Source: Octopus vulgaris (lineage: Eukaryota). Taken from it: 64,000 bases of DNA. Below the pieces are notes generated by a model, which saw only the letters and a list, made by a program, of their open reading frames with translations, had not been told where the DNA came from and ran no database searches. The stretch spans positions 49,848,001-49,912,000 of the forward strand of contig OX597824.1 of the NCBI GenBank assembly GCA_951406725.2, read 5' to 3'. The translations under genes and the position numbers were made by a program. Of this stretch, positions 43,657 to 57,045 are shown piece after piece; the stretch's first letter is position 1, and each line of letters begins with the position of its first letter.

Positions 43657-46160
43657 TTATTTTTGCTTTCCGAGACGACGGACGTGTGTAAAGCACCTCC
43701 GTAAGTTTTGTGCCAATTTGATTGGTAATTTCTCTAAAAGTTTTTATATTTTTCGATATTCGTGTGGCCAAGGCAACTAACTTCTAGCGGAGCTAGTTGG
43801 CTCGGCAAAATTTTACCCCATTGGGGGTAAAATTACGTTTTGAAATTTGAACATTTTGAAAATTATACACATACATTTCAACAAACATGGCTATGAAGCG
43901 AGCAGTCGGCTGTTCCTTTCTCCCAACACCACACCCTCCGCATACACACACATTGTCAAAAACTTTTCCAAACCGCCCACTTCGCGCCATAAAAGGCAAC
44001 AAAGATCCTCCTTCCGAAGCTGAAAGCACGTGCACCGTTCGAAAGGAGAAAGAAAACCAGGACGTCACTTTCGACGTCATTGAAGATTTCCCTCCTCTTC
44101 CCTACACCAATGCTATGGTACCGAAGAGGGAGGAAGGGAAGCTATGACTAACATAGACACAAGCACGAACAAAAAAAGTGAAGAAAATTCGGATGAAATA
44201 AAAGTTACGATACAGGACATTAAAAAAGCAAAAGAGTTATTGAGGAAAGAAGGCAATAGCATTTTCCTCAATACTCCACAAGAAGTGATTGATGAAACAA
44301 ATAAAAAAACAATCACCTACAAAATTTTCGACAAAAAATGTAAAAAACTAACAAACGCCACACCCCAACAATTGGAAATAGCTCTGAAGCCCATTTGGGG
44401 CCAAAAGAGCTACGTTACCAAGGGGAAGCGTTTTGGAACCGTAGAGGTTCGTTTCCGAACGGAGGAGGAAGCAAGGGCGCATGCCATTTCGCCCTTGCAA
44501 ACCGAAAATTTGTTACTCGTCCCAACCCACCTTGGGCGGAGAGAAACGAAAATAAAAATCGACCTCGTCCCCCCCGAACTCGATATATCATGGCTGGTGG
44601 CAGCTGTCCTCTATGACATAGAGGACACTGCCACTATTCTGGATGTACGGAGAGTGAAGGAAAATAACTGGTTAGGAATGGAAGTGCTGCTCCTGGTGCA
44701 GATTCAACAGGAAAATATTCATACCATCCCAGATTCCGTTAACTTGCCGGACGGCACCAGGCTACACGTTGCTGTGGAGGGGCGAAAGCCAAAATGTTAC
44801 CTCTGCAGCTGCGAAAGCCGCCTAAAAAGGGACTGCCCCATTTACAAGAAAAGAATGGAGGCAAACGGCAAGAGGCAGCAGCAGCAACAACAACAACAAC
44901 AACAACAACAGAAATAACAAACAACAAGATACACCAAAGACTGCCACACCACCAACACCATCACCACCACCACGACGAACGACACCACCTCCAACAACAA
45001 CCACCAAACCAACACCAACCCCAGCACCAAGAAAAACGACAACAAAAAAACAAGGAGAAACACTGGACACTGGACTGACGGACCAGTTAAACTGCTCGAG
45101 GTCTGGTTTGGTCCCGACCTCCAGGTGGATAAGAATTGAGAAGAGGTGACGTACAGGGTGACCTCTCTTACCCAGAAATGGTCAGAGAAGTTGTTCCTGA
45201 AAGATCGGGCAGAGGTGGCGAATGCCTACATCGCCTCTGTCATTATTTATCGTCTGATCGTCGTGCCTTGCCCCAGTTACTGCTTGGTTAGATTGGAGCG
45301 TATCCTGTTTATATTCTTGTGGAAGGGATGCGTTCCAATAATTAGGAGGTCGGTGTGCTACCAACTTCCTTTGCGTGGCGGCTTAGGCATGCCATGGCTT
45401 TTAATGCGCAGACACGCACTCAGGTTGCACCATCTGCAGCGATTTCTAAAAGGTGAACATGTGTTGGCTCCGTTTGTGAGACACGCCTTTCTGCAGCCCG
45501 TCTCCTTGATGGAGCTGCAGTCCTGAGTAAAAGATAGGCCGAGACTGGGCACCTGACACTTAGAATGTCGTCAGGCGCTTACTGTCCTCTATGAATCAGG
45601 CAAAAGGATCGGTGAATGTTCCACTTTGGATATTTACAGAGGATTATTCGCGGGGAAGTGCGACGACGTGCTCGAGGAGACCTTTGGCGTCGACGAAGAC
45701 GAACTGGCAAGAGTATTCCGGAGGACTTTCCGGTCGGGGATTGTTATGGATAATTTCCAGGCTGAAAGGAATGAGGACAGAAACATTCCACTTTGGTAAA
45801 GCCCTCATCGACTTTTTCAAGTTTCACTTGAAAAGGAAAGTGAGGGTGGAGAGGGAGGTGGTGTCCTCGAGTGAATTTATGAAAAGGTGAATGAAAGTTG
45901 CGAAAATGGCAAGAGTGGATGGTATCACTCTCAGTGTATACCTGTGAGTCGGAAGAAAGACGTTGGATAGGGCTCTCATCCTTAGCATTCAGGGGGATCT
46001 TGGATGGTGGGGTTCTTTGATTATCCCTAGATGTCCTCCTGTATTAGGGAGGCCACACCACTATCACATTTTTGTCTTTTTCCCCCTTTTTTTCTAGTGT
46101 CATATACTATTTATATTTCTCTTCTAATGTATACCGTGTATACTTTTTTATTTTATCATT
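43657..46160 (+). mobile_element. Internally deleted Tx1/L1-clade LINE
   Basis: ORF1 is followed directly by the post-RT part of ORF2 (PVKLLEVWFG..LKDRAEVANAYIAS..FLWKG..PLRGGLGMP). The APE and RT core are missing; the 3' UTR is T-rich. Confidence 0.8.
44144..44917 (+). pseudogene. LINE ORF1p (RRM-like region plus degenerate CCHC knuckle), 3' truncated
   Basis: 257-aa ORF with FGTVEVRFRTEEEAR and VEGRKPKCYLCSCESRLKRDCP; it ends in poly-Q. The upstream 43887 ORF is probably its frameshifted N-terminus. Confidence 0.75.
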
Positions 46161-46163
46161 CCA

Positions 46164-46557
46164 CTAGCAGTATCGCCCGGCGTTGCTCGGGTTGTAAGGG
46201 AAATAACTATATAAGCATTTTTAGAGAGTTATAGCCAAAAAATAGCAAAAAAATGCATTAAAAATTGAAAAAAAATTAAGGTAAATTTTTTTTAAATCGT
46301 TGACACTTCGTAGATATTTTTAGAGAGTTACTTCCCTTATATAAAAGCGAAAAAAATGCATTAAAATGGAAAAATATGATGGTAAATTTTTTAAAAATCG
46401 TAGACTCATCGTAGACGCGCGCTAATACCCAGAAGGGCTCGATATGAATCACAACTATAAGATACCCGCTTTTGGTTAAACTGCACCGCAAAATGTGGGA
46501 GTAATTACGAATGTAAATCGAAGGGGACAGACACACAACTTCACTCTTATATAAAGA
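46164..46557 (-). mobile_element. Non-autonomous Helitron, second copy
   Basis: Same termini and internal duplication as 41813-42213. Confidence 0.88.
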
Positions 46558-46559
46558 TG

Positions 46560-46885
46560 CTTTTTTTTTTCAGTCATAGAGTTAGATTTATGAAGGTCTT
46601 CAGTAGAAAATCCTTCGAATTCTGACTTGCTGCTTGATATAATGAAATTCGTATCCATTTTTTGTCAGAATTACAAATTTTGAAAACACAATAGGAACAA
46701 ATTTCGGAAAAAAATCTCCCATAATTCACGGAATTAAAATTACACTTCGATTTTTGTACAAAACTGTATTTGAAGTGTTTACGAAGTATAATACGTGTTT
46801 TCACGAATGTACTAAAGAGATTTACTCTGATATTCTCATTTAAATATGAATAGGTAAATTCGGGCGGTTTGGTAACGAAAGGGTT
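46560..46885 (-). mobile_element. Probable piggyBac-like 5' terminus with the start of a transposase
   Basis: Minus strand starts TAAA-CCCTTTCGTTACC (TTAA/CCC-like) and leads to the acidic start MDTNFIISSSKSEFEGFSTEDL. Confidence 0.45.
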
Positions 46886-47542
46886 TATATAAGTGTCGTC
46901 TGTTTATACATAAACACTGTTTCATAGTTTCAGTTTAGTCTTCCTCAAATCACTGTCGCTAATTTACTCTCTTCCAAGAACATTTTCACTCACTGTTATC
47001 TGTTAGCTTCCCATACATTTTACTCATGTATCTATCAGCGTGATAGACAGAAACAAATATTACATTTACTTTCATTTTATTCGTTGCCCACTGTGTGTGT
47101 GCGTTTGCGTGTGGTGTAAACCAGACTAAGAAAAGCATTTGACACACACACCAGAATGTGAGTTTTCTGTAAATTTTGCTTAATTGGAGTTTGAATTTTA
47201 AAAACTGGACCTGGCATGACGCGATGCATTGTACTCTTAAAACTGCTAGGTAAATTGTAATTGAAGAAATCCTATATTGTAGATTTCTATAACTCCCAAA
47301 GGGAGGCAGATAAAATCTGCCTTTTATAATAAGAGATTATATGTAAACTCCTAACTCTTTGTGTCTGTTTTTCTATTGTCCCCCTCATCCTTCGCCCTGA
47401 TGTCAAATAAAAGAAATCATCATCATCAGCACCATCACCACCATCACCATCACCACCATCACCACCATCACCACCACCACCACCACCACCACCACCACCA
47501 CCACCACCACCACCACCACCACCACCACCACCATCATCATCA

Positions 47543-47607
<65 letters not shown>

Positions 47608-48054
47608 AGTGTTTTGGCGAAAGTAATATTTTTGTTTGTTTCCAGCTATTTTCCCGTAGGCTTTTCTTATTTTGCATTTGATCATCGTCATCACCGTCGT
47701 CCTTTTCTTTCCCTTCTTCTTCTTCTTCTTCTTCTTCTTCTTCTTCTTCTTCTTCTTCTTCTTCTTCTTCTTCTTCTTCTTCTTCTTCTTCTTCTTCTTC
47801 TTCTTCTTCTTCCTCCACGGCGGCGATGACGACGAAGACGACGACCACCACCACCACCATCACCATCGACTCGATGTGTAATCGTCATTGACCTCACCTC
47901 CCACTAATCACTTGCTGTCCATACCACTCCATCACTCCATATCACTCCTCACATTAGCAACTATAATACCGCTCTCTCTGTGACCACCACAACAAGTATA
48001 TCCAACACAACTCTTCTAACACAGCTATTACTACTAACACTGCCGCGGCCGCCC

Positions 48055-48135
<81 letters not shown>

Positions 48136-48418
48136 GTCTTTTTTATTCATCTTTACCTGAGTTCGCTGATGCAAGCCAAGTTTCCGGGGGAATTGGCAAG
48201 AGTTGTGTGTTTTCCGGAATTTGCGGGAATCCAGGTCCGGGGTCGAGTTCCCGCCGTGTGATCCGACAGATATTCAACGCTGCTCCGACTCAGGAAAGGG
48301 CCTAACCTTTGTCAAAGGACAACCGCGTGTGAGGGAGGGCAAAAGTGGAAAAGAGTAAAAGAAAAAAAGAAAATAGACGGAAGAAGCAGCAGTAGTCGTC
48401 GTCGTCGTCGTCGTCGTC

Positions 48419-48450
<32 letters not shown>

Positions 48451-48783
48451 AGTGGTGGTGGTTGTGGTGGTGTTAGGGGTGATGGTGGTACTGGTGGTGA
48501 TGGTTGTGACAGTGGCTATTTGCTATGCAAGTTCAATCGGTGTGTGCATTTACATGTAGGTTTGTATATGTGCCTTTATAAATGTATGTATGCACCTGTG
48601 CTTGTCTATATAAATATGTGTATGTGTGTATGTATGTATCTTTGGATGTATGCATATATGCATGAATGTATGGGTGCATATATCCAAGTTTATGTGCGCA
48701 TGTAGCGTGTATATATATATATACACACACATATAGATATAAATATATATATGCACACATATATATAGATATGAATATATCTA

Positions 48784-48850
<67 letters not shown>

Positions 48851-48951
48851 ATATATATATATATGTATATATTAGTAAATGTATCCGCATTTCTCTGTCT
48901 ATCTATCTATTTATATATATTTACATATATTAATATGTGTGTGTGTATATC

Positions 48952-48982
<31 letters not shown>

Positions 48983-49076
48983 CATGTGTATATATGTGTA
49001 TGTATATATGTATGCATGTATTTGTGCATGTATCTGCATTTATGTATGTATGTATATGTATATGTATATACATATA

Positions 49077-49224
<148 letters not shown>

Positions 49225-49875
49225 TAATGGGGATCTAGGAAGCGTAAGTTCACATACATAAACTCGTTCGCCTCCTCTTGTTCACTGCTCGGGGACATCT
49301 GGGAGGAGGAAGCCAAAATAAGGGGAAAAAAAGAACTGAGGAAAAGGACCCACTTTTTCTTCTCTAGTGACATCAAACACACAATAAAGCCAGCTGTGAA
49401 GTTTTCCCTTTTTCTGTCTGAACAAGACTACATCATGAACCTCATACCATCTTTTGTCTTCCTGTCATACATACACACAAACACATCCATCCATCCCTAC
49501 ATACATACATAATGGTCCATGTGTACGTATGCGCGCACACACACACGTAGTATGTATGTATGTATGTATGTATGTATGTATGTATGTATGTATGTATGTA
49601 TGTATGTATGTATGTATGTATGCATGTATGTATGTATGTATTGTATGCAAGTATGTATTTGGTCGCGATGAATTACTCTCCATATATATTTATATTGTTT
49701 CCTTTTGTTGATATTCTTTTTTACTCCTCATTTTTCATACAAGTATGGATCTATACTTTGGAAAATTGTCTTCTTCCTACACAGTAAATATGTCTATGAG
49801 GTGCATGCGTGTGTGCATGTGTGTACGTGTGTGTGACTTGTATTACGCGCGGGTGTTTTGTATTACGTGCATACA

Positions 49876-49960
<85 letters not shown>

Positions 49961-49965
<5 letters not shown>

Positions 49966-50235
49966 GTACTATATTTAAAAGCAGCAGAAAATATAACAAA
50001 AACTGTTACTCAGAGTTTCACATTCCCGTTCATCGGACAGTTTTGCTACAAAAAGAACCGAAATATCGTTATTTCGGTTTTCTTTTAACAAAACTGTCCG
50101 ATGAACGGGAATGTGAAACTCTGAGTAACAGCTTTTGTTATATTTTCTGGTGCTTTTAAATAAAGCATATTACTCTATCTCTGGTATTTGAGTACTCTTT
50201 TTTCCACCTTGTTTCACATTTATGTGCTTACTCCG
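49961..50235. mobile_element. Short fold-back element with a hammerhead motif in each arm, between (TA)n tracts
   Basis: Hairpin 49961-50171 with a 4-nt loop at 50066-50069, plus a 3' extension. Confidence 0.8.
50094..50131 (+). ncRNA. Minimal type I hammerhead ribozyme, CCGANGA core variant (mirror copy 50003-50040 on -)
   Basis: CTGT-CCGATGA-ACG(GGAA)TGT-GAAA-CTCTGAG-TA-ACAG. Confidence 0.75.
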
Positions 50236-50330
50236 ATATATACATATATATATATATATATGTATTAGTATATGTATCCGCATTTCTCTGTCTGTCTTTC
50301 TGTCTGTCTGTCTGTCTATCTATCTATATT

Positions 50331-50397
<67 letters not shown>

Positions 50398-51260
50398 GTG
50401 TGTGTGTATATATATATATATTATATATATATATACATATATATATTTTGATATACTAACTATTATATATAGACTATGGTATATATGCGTATACATATAT
50501 ACCTCTATATATTTATATATGTGTGTGTGTGCGTATGTTTATGTATCTATGTATGTGTGCATGTGTGTGTATATGTACATATGTATACATATTGCACACA
50601 CACACACACACACATATACACACATGTATATATGGTCGTGTTCGTATAACGTTGTAGTTGCATATGTGTTTGTATATGTATATACACAGAAGGAAGCATG
50701 GGATTTTCTATGAACGCAGTATGATTTCGTTCCTGTATATGTCTATGTGTGTATGTGTGTTTGTGTATAGTCGTCTCTTGTTCTCCCATTTTGATAATCT
50801 CAGACCTCCCCGTCTTCCTTCTCCTCCCTTCAATCTCCATTCTCTTTTCTGCTGCTATTGTAGTTAAAAGTCTGTTTAATTCTCCGTACGTAACTTTGTG
50901 ACAAATCCGTTATAGACAAATTAACAGTGGTTGGTTCAGAATAAATAGAAAAGAATAAAGGAATCTGGCCTTAGGTTAAAGAGCAGAGGAGACAAAAACG
51001 AACCATAAAGTGAATATTAAAAGCAAAAACACCCACACATACAAAAGAAAGAAAAATAACGATAAAACAAACAACATTACAAAGAAATGTCCCTACTGTC
51101 TTCCACCGCCACTTAAACACAAAATAAGGAGAAACAAAGAAAGACAGAATCAAACATGGCTCGAATTTGGGAAAATCAGTTATTTTTTTCATCATCTATA
51201 CGTGAACTATTTAATAAATTCTTCTTTATACCGTCTCTTTGTCTCAGAACGAGTCTAAGA

Positions 51261-51328
51261 TTGATGAGACCAGAGCGTCCAACCTTTTCGGCGATGCTTT
51301 AGCTGGCCGAAACTTCGAAGTCACTGCC
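51261..51328 (+). ncRNA. Degenerate hammerhead ribozyme motif
   Basis: TTGATGA-GACCAG-AGCGTC...GATGCT..CTGGCC-GAAA-CTTCGAAG-TC-ACTGCC. Stem III is palindromic; the stem I 5' strand does not pair. Confidence 0.55.
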
Positions 51329-51438
51329 AACTACATTCTTGTATAAAATAATTGACTTGTATTTTACAAAAGTACAGAGAAACTAACCAGATGAATGTAA
51401 AATTGCTTTTATAACTGAACATAAAGACAAGCATTAAT

Positions 51439-51472
<34 letters not shown>

Positions 51473-51509
51473 GCATATATATATACATACATACATATAT
51501 ATATGCATA

Positions 51510-51576
<67 letters not shown>

Positions 51577-51582
51577 ATATAT

Positions 51583-51893
51583 ACGACGGGCTTCTTACAG
51601 TTTCTGTCTACCAAATCCACTCACAAGGTTTGGTCGGCCCGTGGCTATAGCAGAAGACACTTGCTCAGGGTGCTACGCAGTGGGACTGGACCCAGAACTA
51701 TCTGGTTGGGAAGCAAGCTTCTTACCACACAACCACTCCTGCGCCTATAAATATAAGTCACCTGGACTTACTCTTTGTAAGCCTGGTGCTTATTCTATTG
51801 GTCTTTTCTACTGAACCGCCATGTTACTGGGACGTAAACACTCCAACATAGGTTGTCAAGCAATTGTGGGGGAACTTACACAGACACGCAAAT

Positions 51894-51926
<33 letters not shown>

Positions 51927-52312
51927 TACACACACAACGGGCTTCTTATAGTTTCTGTCTACCAAATCTATTCACAAGACTTTGGTTGGCCCGAGGCTAT
52001 AGTAGAAAACACTTGCCCAAGGTGCCACGCAGTGGGGACTGAACTCGGAACAATGTGGTTGGGAAGCAAGCTTCTTACCACACAGCCACACTTGCACCTA
52101 TATATGTATTTTTTAATTCTTTTACTTGTTTCAGCACTGCCTGTTTTTAGTCGAAGGAATGGACCCATAGACTTATTCTTTGTAAGCCTGGTACTTATTC
52201 TATCGGTCTTTTCTGCCGAACCGCCATGTTACAGGGACGTAAACACACCAACATCGGTTGTCACACGATGGTGAAGGGAGAGGAACAAACACAGACACAG
52301 AGAAATACATAC

Positions 52313-52362
<50 letters not shown>

Positions 52363-52502
52363 GACGGGCTTCTTTTAGTTTCCATTTACCAAATCTATTC
52401 ACAAGGCATTGGTCAGACCGAGGCTATAGTAGAAGACACTTGCCCAAGGTGCCATGCAGTGGGACTGAACCCGGAACCATGTAGTTGGGAAGCAAGCTTC
52501 TT
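51583..52502 (-). mobile_element. Cluster of three tandem SINE family B copies or part-copies
   Basis: Repeated reverse-complement head (51583-51745, 51935-52100, 52361-52502) and tail segments. Confidence 0.85.
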
Positions 52503-53334
52503 ATATTCATGTAAATATATTTATATGTTTACTAGGATTTCTATTTTCTATATATGTACACACATACACGCACACACACATATACTAATCGCTCTTCCCC
52601 CCTCTCTCTTTCTGTTTCTGTCTCTCTGTCCGTCTCTCACTCTCTCTCTCTCTCTCGTGTGCTAATGCGTGCATGCGTGTGTATATGTATGTACATACGT
52701 AGACCCAAAGGAACTTAAAGTCACACCTACACACACACACACACACGCACACACAGTCACGCCATGAAATCATGACAAATATCTATGTTAGAATATGAAT
52801 TTCAAAATTTAATAATGTTTAGGGAATACTTTTAATTGATCTTAAACCAACAGAAACGATGTTTTTTAAAAAAATTTTAATGAAGACATTCTCGTTTATC
52901 GAACATAGCAACCATGTCACGTGAAGAAGTTATACAGTTATACTTGTATGAAATTATAGTGACACTGAAAAATATGTGTAATAAATTCTAGAAGTTCTAA
53001 ATGTTTTAAATTTAGTAATTTTTTCCTGTATATTCTTACCTCAAGTGGCAAATTGTAAAATAACACAAAACGGGTAATTCATATATCAAATTTTGTGAAT
53101 TAGTTGGAGATTGTGACTCAAAGAGTCGAGAAGCAGTGCAACAATATTAAAAGAGGCGACAAGAAAAAATATCCGTCGGAAAAGCAAATTCGTCAAGCAA
53201 TTACAATATTTATGATTGAGAAGAAAAATGAGGCTATAGTAGAAGACACTTGCCAAAGTGGGACTGAACCCGGAACCATGTGGTTGGGAAGCAATCTTCT
53301 TACAACACAGTCTGCATTTTGACAACAAAATCTC

Positions 53335-53380
53335 ATATGGATCCCCAAGGGGCATATGAGCCCTGGCTGAGAACCATTGG
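53335..53380. mobile_element. Possible hAT MITE terminus
   Basis: CCCTGGCTGAGAACCATTG is the reverse complement of a CAGTGGTTCTCAACC-type hAT TIR. Confidence 0.4.
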
Positions 53381-53384
53381 ATTA

Positions 53385-53575
53385 GACGGAAAATGTAGCC
53401 ATCCAGATGGAATCGGCTCTCTGCAACACGATCTCTTGCAGTGATTGTGACCTTACTCCTCTCAGAATTTCCTCATTTGTAACACGATCCCTCAGTTGAC
53501 TCCCAGGATCTTTCTGTGGTGCCTTTGATGGAATATATTTAGTTTTCTATCCGTACTTACTGTGCTCTTTCAGCT
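53385..53575 (-). mobile_element. RTE-like LINE 3' fragment
   Basis: Minus translation with a frameshift: KLNIFHQRHHRKILGV / RDRVTNEEILR. Confidence 0.6.
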
Positions 53576-54652
53576 CAAATTCTAAAATTCTTAAAAGGAA
53601 AATGCAAAAATACACAAATGAAAACATCAATTCAATGAAGAACGCTTATATGAAATTTAGGAGTGTTCCCGTCGACCAGTGAAGCAATGGAGGAAAGAGT
53701 TAACTATTTTGAGCAACAGTGTTCAAAAGTTAGGAACAACAAATGCTTTATAATTCTGAAGAAAAAGTTTTGTTATACTTAGGGATGGTCATATTTTGCC
53801 AATTAAACACACGCTCTATATGTATGTTTGGTCTTCACTTCAGCGTTATTATTATTTTAGTTTCTTTGTCAAAGCTCTTTCGTCACACACCTTGTGATCA
53901 CTTCAGCGAAAAGATTTTACTTTTTATTTTGGCTAACTGATCAATCAGTTGTGTCTATGAAAGTCCTTTCGTCGCCATTCGTGACCTCTTCAATGACTTT
54001 CTCTCTGTTCCAGGTCAGCTTCTGGTCTCCTGCTGAAGACACCATTTCCAACTATTTATTACTGAAGTCCTCATATAACCGCGGCATCATAACCAACTTC
54101 ATGGACATATCATCTTTATTCTAAGCGACATTTTGCAAGTATTGCGGAAATGTCAGTTTTTATCAAATGAAAGAAAAAAAAAATCATTTTATTCTACAAT
54201 CAATACGTAATAACAATTTCGATAATAACCACTTCCGTGGTTACAAACAAACACACACGTGTGTATGCAATTCATACACATACACACCACACAAAAGCTC
54301 TCACCAATTCCCCCATACACACACACACAAACACACTTACATGCACACACGAACACAAATATACACTACACGTACACGCACATCACATTAAATGCATCCA
54401 CGTACACACCACGCGCATGTACACATACCTTTCTATTGATTGGGGACAGGGTATTTGAACAAAACGATAACAAAAAAAAATGTTTTTTATTAGTTGTGTA
54501 TATAATGGGAAAAGTAGTCTGCTAACTTTTATATAAGCGAAGTATAAACAATATCTACTGGGTGTGTATGTGTGTATATTTGTACATATGCATGTACGTA
54601 TATATGTGTTCGTACATACATACATACATACATACATACATACATACATACA

Positions 54653-54683
<31 letters not shown>

Positions 54684-54949
54684 GTAGATGTGCGCGGGTA
54701 TGCTTGTGTGTGCGTGTGTGCCTGTGTGTTATGTGTGCGCATGCATATGTGTTTGTGAGTGTGTATGCAAATGCAATTAGCAAAATGTGTATATATTTAT
54801 TTAATAGTCAGATATTCAGATATTTTATACATTGCAATGCAAAGCTGGATTAAGTTTAGGAATCTAATTCTTATGTAAGACTATAAATATAGATGCTTAA
54901 TCGATGATAGATTCGAATAAAATAAGCAGGATGCATATATGCATATATA

Positions 54950-54999
<50 letters not shown>

Positions 55000-55327
55000 C
55001 ACGTACATACATACATACATACATGCATACACACATACATACATGTACACACACACACACACATATATATATGTATTTATGTATATGTATATTAATTAGA
55101 GCAATACATTTACACATAACTTTGGTAAGTGAATACGCTTCAAATTGATGAGTTTCAATTAACGTTCGGAGTTGACATCGTAATTAAAAAGTGTTTATGA
55201 AAGTATAGACTGTGTTTCAACTATTTGTAGATAAATTAGACTTCAAATGAACGCATGCGATTCATTGGAAGAATTAAGGACATATTAAAAACAAAACTTA
55301 GCTATATAAACGAAATTAAACTGAAAC

Positions 55328-55955
55328 TACAGGGGGTTCTGGCTAAATTTGACGATTCCTTATGTCTTCTTTTTCAGGAAGAACTTGATGATGTATTGGT
55401 GAACAGCCAACGGCGTTGGAAAGCATAAAGGTTAAAGTTGTAGTTGAGAAAAAGGAGGACTAGCAGTCATCTGAATATTGGAAAAGTGTTGCCTGTAAAT
55501 TGATGATTCGCACCGGGTATCAAAATGCCAACATCATGACTGCTGTACAATGCTCTGTGAACACCGCAAAGGCTGTAAGGCGTGATATGGACCGCTGCAA
55601 CGGGAACCCTGAAGCTTTTGCCAACAGGAAGTGACACAATAGTAGTCTTGGCTGCGTCCACACGCTGGAATTCATCCAACAAATGCTGGACAAGGCCTTA
55701 GGCGCAATTCAGACAGCTCTGTGAAGCTGTTGGAGACTGTGGTAAAACATGGCTGGGGAGGGTTGCTGCTGGAAGGCCATATGCGTGATAGAAGGATTCG
55801 GCTCCTGTCCATACTTCCAGAAAGAGTCTTCCAGAAGTGGTTATCAGAGAATATCTATGACTGTACTAGCCCCAATTTTTGGTCCCCTAATTTCTCTGAT
55901 TGTAATCCCATGGATTATTACGAGTGGGGCGCAGTTTAGAAAGACACTAACCACT
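55328..55955 (+). mobile_element. Internally deleted DD37D (maT-type) Tc1/mariner transposon
   Basis: Starts TA-CAGGGGG. KDSAPVHTSRKS/QKWLSENIYDCTSPNFWSPNFSDCNPMDYYEWGAV gives 37 residues between the second and third D after removing a 4-nt insertion. Confidence 0.85.
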
Positions 55956-56430
55956 CTATTTCGACCTGATACACATTTTATCGTGAAGGTACGTAACTTG
56001 GGGTGGGAGTGGGAGGGATCTGCACTCACAATCGCAAGATCGTTCTTCTATTTCCGGATCGGGCGCTGCGTTGTGTTCTCAAGGAAAAAGACTTCATTTG
56101 AAGTTACTTCGGTTCACTCAAATGTAAATAGATAACACCGCAATGGACTGCCGTCCTCTTCAGGAGAAATGTAATCTCAGTAAATCGGTCTTATGAGTCC
56201 TAGGACTAGAGGCAATAGTATTCAAGAGGCAGGTACTCACTACTTTGCATATTTTAGGGATGTATGTTTTATAGGCACAACATTTTTATAAGCACAGCAT
56301 TGGGTTTTGTAAGAGACGTTATCGTGATGTAGACGCGAATACTCTCCCATCTGTAAATATACTTCAGCAATGTCACTTCACGTGATCCGTTGGCGATTTC
56401 TTCACCATCTATGGACTTCTCCCTTTCTCC

Positions 56431-56463
56431 TTTCCGACGAAGAGTTATGCTCGAAACGTCAAA
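56431..56463 (+). ncRNA. Minimal hammerhead ribozyme motif of the dimer-dependent Penelope type
   Basis: TTT-CCGACGA-A-GAG(TTATG)CTC-GAAA-CG-TC-AAA; stem III is reduced to the palindrome ACGT. Confidence 0.65.
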
Positions 56464-56564
56464 CTCTTCTTTCACCGAGTGTCAATCTAATACATTTCTA
56501 CGTTCGTTTTTTTACGTTTTTTTATTCGTTGAATCGACTATACATACATACACACACACACGCG

Positions 56565-56595
<31 letters not shown>

Positions 56596-56618
56596 CTCAC
56601 ACATATGTCTATAATCTT

Positions 56619-56846
56619 TATTTTTTACTTGTTTCAGTCATGTGACTTCGGCCATGCTGGGGAGCCACCTTGAAGGGTTTTAGCCGAACAAATCGACCCC
56701 AGGAGTTATCTTGTACATATCCTATCAGTCTCTTGTGCCGAACCGCTAGGTTACGAGGACGTAAACACGCCAACATTGGTTGTCAAATGATGGTGGGGGA
56801 CAAACACAGAAACAGACACAAACACATAGATCTATACATACATTAG

Positions 56847-56877
<31 letters not shown>

Positions 56878-57045
56878 CAGTTATATACGACGGGCTCTTT
56901 CTGCTTCAGTCTACCAAATCCACTCACAAGGCTTTGGTCGGCCCCCTGCTATAGTAGAAGACACTTGGCCAAGGTACCACGCAGCGGGACTGAACCTTGG
57001 ACCATGTGGTTGGGAAGCAAGCTTCTTTTCTTACCATACAGCCTC
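56619..57045 (-). mobile_element. SINE family B, near full length
   Basis: Reverse complement of tail, internal (CA)n and head. Confidence 0.85.
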
